IMG/VR virus record: IMGVR_UViG_3300021560_000001
DNA length: 64,000 nucleotides
Source: an uncultured virus (IMG/VR IMGVR_UViG_3300021560_000001)
Lineage: Duplodnaviria > Heunggongvirae > Uroviricota > Caudoviricetes
Direction: 5' to 3' (one strand)
The position numbers were made by a program, and so were the translations under genes. How positions within the stretch are numbered: position 1 is the first letter of the stretch; each line of letters begins with the position of its first letter. Positions 1 through 9,387 of the stretch are shown in pieces. The notes beneath the pieces were generated by a model that was given only the letters and a program-made list of their open reading frames with translations, searched no databases and had not been told where the DNA came from.

Positions 1-1
1 C

Positions 2-595
2 GACACCTACGGGCAGCTCACCAATGCCTCGATCCGCACGCGTGGACGGGTATGGGTAAAAGCTGGGGCCGTGGTGAGTGCGGGACAGGCGCTTTTCTAC
101 GACACCACCAGCGGCGCTTTCAGCAACAGCGCATCCGGTCAGGCGGCAGCCGGCTACATCGACTTCACCAGCAACCCGGTCGCGACCAACACGCTGGTCA
201 TCAATGGCACGACCTGGACCTTCGTCGCCAGCGGCGCGACCGGTACGCAGGTCAACATTGGACCGACGCTGGGTGACACACTCGCTCGGCTGGCGACTGC
301 GCTCAATGCCTCGGCTGATACCAATACGGTGTTGCTGACTTACTTGGCATATCCGCCATCGCCTGGCGGTGCAGGCCAAGGCTCCGGCGCAACGCGACTA
401 ATGATGGCCGCCAAGGCTGTCGGTGTTGCCGGCAACGCCTACACGATAACCACCGGCACCACACCGGGAACGACCCGCAGCGGCGCCACGCTTTCGGGCG
501 GCACTGCAGCGGCGACCGCTGTTACCGGCGCCCGCTGGGCAACCTCGGCTATTGCCGGCGATCTCGCGCAGGCAAGCCTCGGCATCCAGTTCTAG
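2..595 (+). CDS. Capsid cement/decoration protein (5' truncated) with an inserted beta-rich domain
   Basis: Frame open from base 2 (DTYGQLTNASIRTRGRVWVKAGAVVSAGQALFY); G-x-V-W-V motif; directly upstream of the major capsid gene. Confidence 0.65.
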   Translation, partial: DTYGQLTNASIRTRGRVWVKAGAVVSAGQALFYDTTSGAFSNSASGQAAAGYIDFTSNPVATNTLVINGTTWTFVASGATGTQVNIGPTLGDTLARLATALNASADTNTVLLTYLAYPPSPGGAGQGSGATRLMMAAKAVGVAGNAYTITTGTTPGTTRSGATLSGGTAAATAVTGARWATSAIAGDLAQASLGIQF

Positions 596-664
596 TGCCG
601 ATCAACGTGTTCCTGTTCAGGGCCAGGACGCATTCCCAATCACTCGCAAACGGAGACATCCACG

Positions 665-1618
665 ATGCGTAATTCCATGTTTGCGTCTGACGCCCAGCAA
701 CAAGCCCTTGGCTTTTTGATCGCGCAGACCACTTACATCGAGCCCCAGGTCTACCACATACGCTACCCCGAGCTGTTCTATGCGCAGATCGTTCCGGTCG
801 ACAACTCGGCACCCGAGTGGGCGAAATCCATCACGTTTTTCTCGGTGGATTGGATCGGCAAGGCGGATTGGATCAACACCAACTCGTCTGATCTGCCGCT
901 CGCCGATTTCACCCGTGCCAAGCAAGAGGCCGGGATCGAGACGGCCGGCATCGGCTACCGATACAACCTGGAAGAGCTCGGCCAGGCGCAGCTGATTCCA
1001 AATACCAATCTAACGACGGAGCGAGCTAATGCAGCGCGCCGCGCTGGCGAAGAGCTCATCCATAATGTGGCGTTATACGGAGACAGTCGTAAAAGCTGGC
1101 TCGGCATGACCAACCACACGGGTCCATCGGTGGTGAATGCGCCCAACACATGGGCGTTTCAACTCACGCAGGGCGCCGCCGGCATTGCTCAGATCCTATC
1201 GGACGTTAATTCGGCGCTTACCGGCATCTGGCAGGCGTCATTGACGGTAGAGATGGCCAATACGCTATTGCTGCCACTCTCCTCGATGTCGCTGTTGATC
1301 ACGACGCAGTTGACCAACACGACGATGAACTTGTTCTCCTGGATCATGCAGAACAACATCGTCACCGCCCAGACCGGCCAGGCGCTTCAATGTCGCGCGG
1401 TGCGCGGCCTTGACACTGCCGGGGCGTCCGGCAACGGCCGGATGATTGCGTATCGGAAAGATCCGGAGGCAATCAAGCTGCACGTGCCGATGCCGCATCG
1501 GTTCTATGCTCCCTATCAAAAGGGTGCGTTCGTGTTTGAGGTGCCAGCGATGTTGCGTTTGGCCGGCCTCGAGTGGCGCTTGCCGGGATCGGCACGGTAT
1601 GTCGATGGCATCTGCTGA
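665..1618 (+). CDS. Major capsid protein, DUF2184-like
   Basis: 317 aa; FLIAQTTYIEPQVY, GYRYNLEEL, VALYGD, RMIAY-R-D, Y-VDGI motifs; GGAG RBS. Confidence 0.85.
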   Translation: MRNSMFASDAQQQALGFLIAQTTYIEPQVYHIRYPELFYAQIVPVDNSAPEWAKSITFFSVDWIGKADWINTNSSDLPLADFTRAKQEAGIETAGIGYRYNLEELGQAQLIPNTNLTTERANAARRAGEELIHNVALYGDSRKSWLGMTNHTGPSVVNAPNTWAFQLTQGAAGIAQILSDVNSALTGIWQASLTVEMANTLLLPLSSMSLLITTQLTNTTMNLFSWIMQNNIVTAQTGQALQCRAVRGLDTAGASGNGRMIAYRKDPEAIKLHVPMPHRFYAPYQKGAFVFEVPAMLRLAGLEWRLPGSARYVDGIC

Positions 1619-1643
1619 ACTAGATGCAAAATAGGAGTACGAC

Positions 1644-2006
1644 ATGCCTCTGATGGTGCCGCCTGCGCCGAGCAAGGAGCAGCTCGAGAAACCTTCGCAA
1701 TGGGTTCGCGTCAAGAACACGCACCCAGTGCAGAACCATTATGTCTATGATCGGTACATGGTTGGGCAGATCGTTCCGCCTGGCCAGAGCCGCGAGTTGG
1801 AAATGACGGTCGAGTACATCAAAGTGCTGCAGGCGCAACGCGATCCCAAGCGCTTCAACATCGATGAGAAGGGTGAGCCGGTGTTGCGCCCGATGCACCC
1901 GATCGTCATCGAGGAAATCTCGCCGAGCCCGTCTGAGGACGAGCGGCAGGACGCGCTGGGGAGGGCGAAGAACGCGAAGGCGAGGCTGGCAGCGGAGGCG
2001 GGCTGA
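1644..2006 (+). CDS. Hypothetical head-associated protein
   Basis: 120 aa, AGGAG RBS, between capsid and adaptor genes. Confidence 0.6.
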   Translation: MPLMVPPAPSKEQLEKPSQWVRVKNTHPVQNHYVYDRYMVGQIVPPGQSRELEMTVEYIKVLQAQRDPKRFNIDEKGEPVLRPMHPIVIEEISPSPSEDERQDALGRAKNAKARLAAEAG

Positions 2007-2007
2007 C

Positions 2008-2436
2008 GTGGCCACGTCGCAGGACGTCATAGCGCTCAAAGGCCACTTCCCCGAGTTCGAGTCCATTGCCGATGCCGATGTCGCGGCTGTTCTGAATACC
2101 GCCGACATCTTCGTGGACATCGGCCATTGGCCGAATGCGGTAGATGCGGCGGAAGCGCGGCGCTTATGGTCGGCGCATTTGTTGAAGCTCCTGCTCTTGC
2201 AGCGGGCGAGTGCCACCTTTGGCGGAGCGCTCGGTCCTCTCGGCGGGGGCGCCTTCGATCTCTACGTCGAGTCTGTTTCGATCGGCGAACGACATTTTCA
2301 ACTTGGCCGGCGGCAGTGGTTCACCGGGGCGAGGGCGGGATCATCGCTGGTGGACCAGACTTACGCGATGACGCTTTATGGGTTGCTGTACATGCAATTG
2401 CGAAACAGGAACTTCCCGGCGGTGATGGTGATCTGA
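2008..2436 (+). CDS. Head-tail adaptor, DUF4054-like
   Basis: Probable GTG start at 2008; FPEF...AHLL...TLYGLLYMQLR pattern. Confidence 0.7.
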   Translation: MATSQDVIALKGHFPEFESIADADVAAVLNTADIFVDIGHWPNAVDAAEARRLWSAHLLKLLLLQRASATFGGALGPLGGGAFDLYVESVSIGERHFQLGRRQWFTGARAGSSLVDQTYAMTLYGLLYMQLRNRNFPAVMVI

Positions 2437-2849
2437 TGGTTTCTTGGTGGGTGCAACAGCAGCGGTTTCTCGACAATCTCGTCGACCAGTTCTGGGGTGA
2501 GCCGGTCGAGCTGCATCCGATGACGCCTGGCACGGTAGGCACCGATCCTGCGGCCGATAGCGCGCGGCCGATCATGCATGCGACGGCGGTGATGATGCAG
2601 CCCGGCGCCGAGATCGTCGGTGAGGCCGGCAGGGCTTATGCCTATGGCGGCAGCAATCTACGCACGATCGAGCAAGATGTGTGGGTCAGCATTCAAGACT
2701 TGCAGTCGGGCGATATAACGCAATGGAAGCCGCACGACCGTGTCTTTTGGCCCGACCGCGGCGAATGGTACGAGATCGCCTGGATAAATCCGAGCGCGAC
2801 GCATCGCGCCGATGTGCATCTTATCCGGGTGCAGGACGCCGATGTATGA
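2436..2849 (+). CDS. Putative head-tail joining (stopper) protein
   Basis: ATG overlaps upstream TGA; D..FWGEPV N-terminus, beta-rich C-terminus; position. Confidence 0.5.
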   Translation: MVSWWVQQQRFLDNLVDQFWGEPVELHPMTPGTVGTDPAADSARPIMHATAVMMQPGAEIVGEAGRAYAYGGSNLRTIEQDVWVSIQDLQSGDITQWKPHDRVFWPDRGEWYEIAWINPSATHRADVHLIRVQDADV

Positions 2850-3745
2850 GCATTCTCCGTCCGATTCTCCGCATCTGCGCTGTTGGCGCGTTGCGCGATC
2901 GCACCTGGTGCGAGGACAGGGTCTATGATTCGGACATGACGCCGCTCGGTGAGGCGCTGCTCGGCCAGGCGGCGAAACCTTACTGCGTGGTTTATACTGA
3001 TACTGATGATATGCCGGTGCTAGGCAAGGCCGAGGTTTACGACGGACGCAACCGGGCGCTGCAGCTTTCGGTCGAGATCGGCGTCGCTTCCGCGATACGC
3101 GAGCCGAGCCCGCAGGCTCCTGGTGTTCCTACCGGCCCGATCGTGATCAAGTTCGCCGCCACCGACAGCGGCATGGAGTTTGCCTGCGATATCATCGAGA
3201 GCCAGGTGATTGGCGCGTTGATCAGCGATCCGCACAGCGATTGGGGCAATGTTTTCACCCGGCTGATCGGCAATGTGACGCGCATGCAGCGGCGGCGCGG
3301 CGGGCAGGCGGAGAAGGGCGTGCGCTGGGCGGCCCGGCGCATCGTCTTTACGTTCAGCACCATCTATGACATCGCGCCGGGAGTGCAGCCGGTGCCAGGA
3401 CATCCGATCTGGGATTTCATGACGCTGGCGCGCACGAGCCCGAAGATCGGCGAGGCCGACGTGCCGCCCATCTTGGAGGATTACATGGCAGCGCCAAGTG
3501 CGCCCGACTGGCTTGTTGCCGCCGCGCATCTCGGGATGGCCAAGCAGGACGCGCGCGAGGTGCTGGTGACCACCGGCACACCGCTGCCGTGGCCGGGTAA
3601 GGAAGAGCCACCGCTGACTGGCTTCGACGTCGAGGACGTGCCGGAGCTGGAAAGGCTGACCACCGAGGAAGAGGGCGATCTCTACGACGTGACGACGACG
3701 CCGGAGTTGGACGAGCCCGACAACCGGCCGAAGCCATTTCCTTGA
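2846..3745 (+). CDS. Putative tail terminator/completion protein
   Basis: ATGA overlap; ALRDRTWCEDRVYDS...PYCVVYTDTD pattern; position. Confidence 0.5.
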   Translation: MSILRPILRICAVGALRDRTWCEDRVYDSDMTPLGEALLGQAAKPYCVVYTDTDDMPVLGKAEVYDGRNRALQLSVEIGVASAIREPSPQAPGVPTGPIVIKFAATDSGMEFACDIIESQVIGALISDPHSDWGNVFTRLIGNVTRMQRRRGGQAEKGVRWAARRIVFTFSTIYDIAPGVQPVPGHPIWDFMTLARTSPKIGEADVPPILEDYMAAPSAPDWLVAAAHLGMAKQDAREVLVTTGTPLPWPGKEEPPLTGFDVEDVPELERLTTEEEGDLYDVTTTPELDEPDNRPKPFP

Positions 3746-3746
3746 G

Positions 3747-4442
3747 ATGGCCGCCTGGCTCAGCTTCACCGCCGATGTTTCCGAATTGCTGCGGCTCGGT
3801 GAGCTGATCGAGGACATACCCAAAACCAGTAAGCCGGCGGTCACGGCGGCGCTGAACGACTTCGCGCAGGAGCAAGCGAAGAAGGCAGCCGAGATTATTG
3901 CCGGCTATACCGGCATGGATGTTGCCGACGTGCTCGAGCAGATCGATGTCACGCTGGCCACGCCCGACAACATGACTATCCAGGTCGATGCCTCGGCGAT
4001 GGCTGACGTGCTTTATGTCGGCAACCGATTGTCGCGCGAATGGGTCGGCCGCGACGATTCGACGTTCCAGCAGAACACGCTGGTGCGGATCGTTACTCAG
4101 GGCGACGGCAGGGATTGCGATATCTGCAACGAGGCGGCGGAGAATTCGCCATATACGATGGCCGAGATCGCCAACATGCAGGCAAAGTTCGCGGCCTTTC
4201 AGGCCATGTATCCGGACTGGACGCCAGGGCCGGGTGACCGCAGCAACCTGATCCATCCGAACTGCCGCTGCGCGATTCAATCGTGGAAGGCGGCGCGCAA
4301 AGACATGGTGTGGAAGGCGCAGACGGCGATGGGATCGCAGGGACCGCCATCGCAATTGTTTGATGTCGAGCTCATCGGCCCGAAGGTGGCGGCGCAGATC
4401 AAGCTGACGTTGAGCGAAGCGGTTAGAGGCAAGAAGCCATGA
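3747..4442 (+). CDS. Minor tail/neck protein with CxxC...HPNCRC motif
   Basis: N-terminus resembles gpZ-like minor tail proteins (AVTAALND); DCDIC and IHPNCRC motifs. Confidence 0.5.
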   Translation: MAAWLSFTADVSELLRLGELIEDIPKTSKPAVTAALNDFAQEQAKKAAEIIAGYTGMDVADVLEQIDVTLATPDNMTIQVDASAMADVLYVGNRLSREWVGRDDSTFQQNTLVRIVTQGDGRDCDICNEAAENSPYTMAEIANMQAKFAAFQAMYPDWTPGPGDRSNLIHPNCRCAIQSWKAARKDMVWKAQTAMGSQGPPSQLFDVELIGPKVAAQIKLTLSEAVRGKKP

Positions 4443-5413
4443 GGAGCCAATATCGTAGGTTGATGTTTTACGTTGCCGAAGCCAATCGGGTCGCGCGCAA
4501 TGCGGCGACGCCGCAGAAGGGCTACATCTCGCAAATTCAGGAGAACGGCGGCGAGCGTAAGTGCAAGGTTGTTTACGGTATCCGTCCGGATGGCTCGCCG
4601 TTGGAGAGCGAATGGCTGCATACCGATTGCGGCCGTACCGGTGGGCGCGAGCAGCAGCTTTTCGAGAAGGGTGCCAACGTTACTATCACTGGCCATGGCA
4701 GTCGACGAACCATCTCGCCGGACGCTGAGAGCAAGCAATTCCCGCAACCGCCACAGGCGAAGCAGACCAACGGCGATTCGTTCTACCTTGGCAAGAAAGG
4801 CGGACAAGATGCGCTTTTTGACTCGTGGCACAAGCCAAAGGACCAGGGCGGCCAGCAAGGCGGCGGCTCCGGTGGTTCTGGCGGCTCCGGCGGCGGCGGG
4901 TCCGGCGGCTCGGGCGGCGGCGGCCAGGGCGGCCAGGATGACGAGCACTTCCATGAGAGCTACGTCGGCAAGCCCGATCAAACCGCAGATCACCAGGAGC
5001 AGCAGAATGGATCGCTCATGGGCGGCGGCGGAGGCGGCGGGGGCAACGGTGGCGGCGGCGCAGGAGGTGGCGCGGGCGGCCTGGGTGGAGCGCAAGGCGG
5101 TCAGAGCCAGCAGCACGACCCTTCCGAAGCCAAGATGAAACGGCGGACCAGCTCGAGCAAGGGGCTGACCGACCGCTACGGCAAAGACAATCGGATGGGG
5201 ATCACCGACAAGGGCGCGAAGCTCAAGGCCAAAGACGAGACGTTCTTCGCCGCGCTAACAGCGGGTCAAGCGAGCATGTCTGGCAAGAAGACCGCGCACG
5301 TCACCGGGCCGGAAGGCGTCTACGTCAACACCAAGAATCCGCGAGTGCAGGTGCCGTGGAAGCTCGGCAGCAAGAAGCAAGCCGATTCAGACATCAAAGA
5401 CGACAACGCATGA
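4439..5413 (+). CDS. Baseplate spike, P2 gpV-like, with Gly-rich insert
   Basis: OB-fold-like N-terminus (G.DGSPLESEWL); position before W/J/I. Confidence 0.55.
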   Translation: MRSQYRRLMFYVAEANRVARNAATPQKGYISQIQENGGERKCKVVYGIRPDGSPLESEWLHTDCGRTGGREQQLFEKGANVTITGHGSRRTISPDAESKQFPQPPQAKQTNGDSFYLGKKGGQDALFDSWHKPKDQGGQQGGGSGGSGGSGGGGSGGSGGGGQGGQDDEHFHESYVGKPDQTADHQEQQNGSLMGGGGGGGGNGGGGAGGGAGGLGGAQGGQSQQHDPSEAKMKRRTSSSKGLTDRYGKDNRMGITDKGAKLKAKDETFFAALTAGQASMSGKKTAHVTGPEGVYVNTKNPRVQVPWKLGSKKQADSDIKDDNA

Positions 5414-5426
5414 AAAGGAGACAGTC

Positions 5427-5660
5427 ATGCCCACATCGATCGCCAACCTCAATGCGCAGCGCCTCGCCGCCAAGCGCGCGGGCGGTTCCGTCATACCGCA
5501 GCGATCCGAGTACGAGGTGCTCGACGCCGCGCACAACCCGCAGTTCACCGGTTTGAATACCTACATGCGCGACGGCAAGCAATACGTGATGTTGGCCGAT
5601 GTTGAGGCGCGTTTCTATCTCGATATGGGCGCGATCGTTAAGGTCGAGACGGTCCAATAA
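5427..5660 (+). CDS. Small baseplate-region hypothetical protein
   Basis: 77 aa, AGGAG RBS, coupled to next gene. Confidence 0.55.
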   Translation: MPTSIANLNAQRLAAKRAGGSVIPQRSEYEVLDAAHNPQFTGLNTYMRDGKQYVMLADVEARFYLDMGAIVKVETVQ

Positions 5661-6289
5661 TGCCGATCAACACTCTCGACCAACTCGATCAAGGTCTTAG
5701 CACTCGGCTTGGCTCCGTACGGGTCCAGGTGGATCCGACCGCCAATTTTCCGGCGCTAATCACTCCGTTCTTCTCGACGCTGCGCGCGATCTGGCCCGAC
5801 CTCTACAACAAGAATGTCATCATCGCGCCGGCCGGCAATGGCGTCGATCGCCGCAGCGGGCGGATGATTGGCGGCTTTCGTCACGTCGAGCAGTGCCTGG
5901 AGACGATCTTCGCCACGCCGTTCCATGAGCGGGTGCTGCGGCGCTGGGTCGGTTCATTCGTCCCGCATATTCTCGGCCGCAATGTCGTGCCGCGAGTAGT
6001 GACGCGATTCTTCTGGGCGATCGCTACGTCCATTGATCTGTGGGAACCGCGCTACAGGATCAAGCGCGTGTTCTTCATGGGTAATGCGCTGTCGAAGTGG
6101 GCGCCGCGGGAAGCGATGGTGCCGGCAGAGCTGATCCGGCTCGGTCAGCTGATCTTCCGCAATGACGGCGTCTATTACCCGCGCGGGCATCTCGGAAACT
6201 TCACGCCATACCAGAGGCAGCAGTTCGGTCTGGTCGGCAGGGGCGGGCAGTTCTGGGATGTGCAGCCGATGGGAGCTGGCTCGCGATGA
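5660..6289 (+). CDS. Baseplate wedge protein, gpW/gp25-like
   Basis: GVDRRSG...HVEQCLETIFATP..ERVLRR..GS..P...WEPR motif. Confidence 0.85.
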   Translation: MPINTLDQLDQGLSTRLGSVRVQVDPTANFPALITPFFSTLRAIWPDLYNKNVIIAPAGNGVDRRSGRMIGGFRHVEQCLETIFATPFHERVLRRWVGSFVPHILGRNVVPRVVTRFFWAIATSIDLWEPRYRIKRVFFMGNALSKWAPREAMVPAELIRLGQLIFRNDGVYYPRGHLGNFTPYQRQQFGLVGRGGQFWDVQPMGAGSR

Positions 6290-7404
6290 GCAACGGCAGC
6301 GGTCCCGGCGGAGCCGACGTCGCAACTCTCGGCAGCGTTGCCTCCAATCTGGTGACGACGACGCCGACGCGCTTCACGGTGATCCGGCCGGAGTTGCTGC
6401 CGCCGATGCTGGTGTTGCAGTCGATCTCGACCGAAGACATGATCTCAAACCGCATGGCGCGCTTCAAAGCGCTGTGGGCTTCCTACGATCCGCCATACGC
6501 TGCTCAATACGACGTCGATCAGCTTGAATTCGATCCCATCCGCATCAATCAGGAGTGCAATAGCTTCTTTGAAGCCCTGGTTCGGGATCGCGTTAATCAA
6601 GCCTGCCGCGCTGTCACGCTTGCCTTCTCGGTGGGAAGCGATCTCGACGCCATCGCCTCTCGTTATCCGTACGGCGTCCCGCGGCTGATGTACGACGTGC
6701 GTGGCAATCAGCTGACGCAGGCGCAGGTTGACGCAGGCGCGGTCGTGGCATCCTACGAGACTGACTCTGCCTATCGCACTCGCATTTGGCTCAGTCCGTC
6801 GATCCTCTCACTCAACGGCCCGGGCATGGGCACTTACGAAAGCTATGTCTTCTGGGCTCTGAGCACGCCGATGCCGCCGGGCGAGAGACCAATCCGGCAC
6901 GCCTCCGCATTTACCAAGCGCGCCACGGGCCACGTCTATATTCCGATCATGACTGACGACTTCCAGCCGGACAGCAAAATAGACCTGTTGACCGGCGATC
7001 TAGTTACCAACGATCCCGGTTCGCCGACGCCAACCGACGCGCAGATCGTCGCCGTCTATAATTACATCACCGACAAGGGATTTGCTCGCAAGGGTTTGAC
7101 CGATGTTGTCAGCATCCTGCGGCCGCAGATCACCCGCACCGATATCCGCGCCAATATCACGCTGTTTCCCGGCGTCGACAGCACGACACTGATGGGCGAA
7201 GTCAATACGGCGGTGCAGAATCTGGTCGCGGCAATACGCTGGTTGGGTGCTGATTTGACGATCCTTTCGATCGAGACCGCGCTGGGGCAGACCGGTGTCT
7301 ATAACGTCGAGCTGCTCGAGCCGACCGCTGATGTGGTCGTTGGCCAGAGTGGCGTGATCAAGGTCGACCAGATCCGCTTGCACTACGCGGGCGTGGGCGA
7401 GTAA
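6286..7404 (+). CDS. Baseplate J-like protein
   Basis: RVNQACRAVTLAFSVGSDLDAIA; ETDSAYRTRIWLSP; YVFWAL; LTDVV. Confidence 0.88.
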   Translation: MSNGSGPGGADVATLGSVASNLVTTTPTRFTVIRPELLPPMLVLQSISTEDMISNRMARFKALWASYDPPYAAQYDVDQLEFDPIRINQECNSFFEALVRDRVNQACRAVTLAFSVGSDLDAIASRYPYGVPRLMYDVRGNQLTQAQVDAGAVVASYETDSAYRTRIWLSPSILSLNGPGMGTYESYVFWALSTPMPPGERPIRHASAFTKRATGHVYIPIMTDDFQPDSKIDLLTGDLVTNDPGSPTPTDAQIVAVYNYITDKGFARKGLTDVVSILRPQITRTDIRANITLFPGVDSTTLMGEVNTAVQNLVAAIRWLGADLTILSIETALGQTGVYNVELLEPTADVVVGQSGVIKVDQIRLHYAGVGE

Positions 7405-7406
7405 GC

Positions 7407-9317
7407 ATGCCGATCGTCAATCTTACCCCGTCGTTCAACGGTACGGGCGGGCTGGTCGGTCGCGCCAGACAGACGCATACGCCGCATCCGTCTTTTGCCG
7501 GCAAGGGTTTTTTCACCGGCCGCTTCATCTATCGTGACGTCATTGCCGGGCCGGTGCTGTTCCGCGGCTGGGCGGAGCTGAACGCCCGTTTTCGCTTTTC
7601 CTGGCCAGTCACCGCGAGCTTCGCTGGCAGCAGTACATTCGGCATTTTCCCCGGGCTTAATCTGCGCATCAGGCAGCAGATACGTTCTGCGTTCAATGCG
7701 CAGGCTGCCTTTGCCGGTCGTACTGGCGCGCCGCTCGTTACCACTCCGGTCGCGTTCTCGGCAGTGGCGGCGTTCGGGTTGGTGCCACCGCTATATATTT
7801 TACGTCCGCCGGTGCCGGGCTATTTTCTTGATTGCGCGCTCTTTGGCGCGAGCACCCTCAAGCTCGATATCGAGCTAGTCGACAGCGATCCGATCAATGC
7901 CGGCATCGACGAGTTGGCCGGTGAGAAGGTGTTGTGGCCGCAGGCGACGGGAATGGAGAAGGCGCTCGCCACCGTCGACGCCTACCGGCTCACGCGCATC
8001 TATGCCGAACTGGTCCGTGATCAGTGGGATCCTTACGCGATCAGTTACCGCAATCTCCCGTACCTCGCCTGGGCGATGGGTACGAATCTCTGGGAAGACT
8101 GGTGGAGCGAGAAATTCAAACGCTATTGGGTCGCCAATCAATGGACCTTCAAATACGAACGCGGTTCGTTGCTCGGCTTGAAGCACTTCACCACGGCGGT
8201 CGGCGGCACGGTGTTGCGGGCAGTCACGCCGCCGGCCAAGACGTTTCCGACTCGCTCGCTCACTGCCGACGAGCGGCAGGCGTACCTGTCGCGCTATCCG
8301 CAGTTGCGCATGTATCCGTACTATGCGCGCGGCCAACAGCCGTACCATTGTTTTCCGGGCGGGCATTCATTCGCCACGACCGGCGATGCTGTGCCTCCAT
8401 CGCAGATCGGCAAGCTATTGCGCGCCCGCAACGGTGGCTACGGCGGCAACGGGCTGCGCAAGATGTACCCGACGTCGCAGACCACTGGCGGCCGCTATAT
8501 GCATTACGCTACGTTGTATGACCGCGGCGTCGAGACGCCGCTCACCGTACGGCAGATCGAGCATGTTATTACCGGCACGTCGGCAGGTTGGGGCTTCACG
8601 CCGGGAGCTAGCCAGTACGACGAGCAGGTAGTGCTTCCGCTGACCGAGCGCGTGTTCTTCTATCTCAATCAAAAGAAGTTTCTCGATGCGCGCAATAAGA
8701 AGTACACGGTATTCACGGGCAAGAAGGCAGCGCTGCGCACGATCACTGTGTCGCGCTCTGGGCCGCTACCGTTTACGCAAGGGCAGATCACCTATCAAAC
8801 GATCGTGCCGAGCGATCAGCTGATGGAGCTGAAGCCGCAGCACGTATTTGTGAAGCATCCCACGCAGCGTTACCGCATGTTCGAGATCAGACGCGACAAG
8901 CGTTTTGTTGGCGTGTCTTATCCGATGCGCAGCGAGGCTTGGAAATTTACTTACGATGTTTGGTATTTGTTCGATCCAGATCGCGTTCCGCCGCTGCGCC
9001 GCAGCGGTCAAGCCTACCTCGGCAAAACGCGCCTCGGCATGCCCAAATATACGTGCGAGGCGCTGATCAAGATACGCACGCCGTACCAGCAGCCGTTCGT
9101 GCATGCTAGCGGTGTGCGCAAGGGCTATGTCGGCAAATTCCGCTATCTGCACAAGCTCAACCCGGAGGCAATCTTGCGGCTACGACGCGGCGTGACGGCG
9201 AGCATGGCGCTCAGGGACACCGTGCTCATCAACACAAAGACCGTTCGCAAGCTGCAAGTGCGCGATATCTTCATGCCGGACGGCACCCACACGGTGGGGC
9301 AGCTCGCGGAGAATTAG
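7407..9317 (+). CDS. Baseplate/tail protein I (P2 gpI-like) with N-terminal repeats and C-terminal extension
   Basis: LWPQATGMEKAL...WDP...LPYLAWAMG.NLW..WW....KR motif. Confidence 0.8.
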   Translation: MPIVNLTPSFNGTGGLVGRARQTHTPHPSFAGKGFFTGRFIYRDVIAGPVLFRGWAELNARFRFSWPVTASFAGSSTFGIFPGLNLRIRQQIRSAFNAQAAFAGRTGAPLVTTPVAFSAVAAFGLVPPLYILRPPVPGYFLDCALFGASTLKLDIELVDSDPINAGIDELAGEKVLWPQATGMEKALATVDAYRLTRIYAELVRDQWDPYAISYRNLPYLAWAMGTNLWEDWWSEKFKRYWVANQWTFKYERGSLLGLKHFTTAVGGTVLRAVTPPAKTFPTRSLTADERQAYLSRYPQLRMYPYYARGQQPYHCFPGGHSFATTGDAVPPSQIGKLLRARNGGYGGNGLRKMYPTSQTTGGRYMHYATLYDRGVETPLTVRQIEHVITGTSAGWGFTPGASQYDEQVVLPLTERVFFYLNQKKFLDARNKKYTVFTGKKAALRTITVSRSGPLPFTQGQITYQTIVPSDQLMELKPQHVFVKHPTQRYRMFEIRRDKRFVGVSYPMRSEAWKFTYDVWYLFDPDRVPPLRRSGQAYLGKTRLGMPKYTCEALIKIRTPYQQPFVHASGVRKGYVGKFRYLHKLNPEAILRLRRGVTASMALRDTVLINTKTVRKLQVRDIFMPDGTHTVGQLAEN

Positions 9318-9387
9318 CGGGAGATATAGGTGATCAGAGCGCGAAGCCTGCTCGCGCATCGGAAACTCCTGATTAAAGGAATATAGC

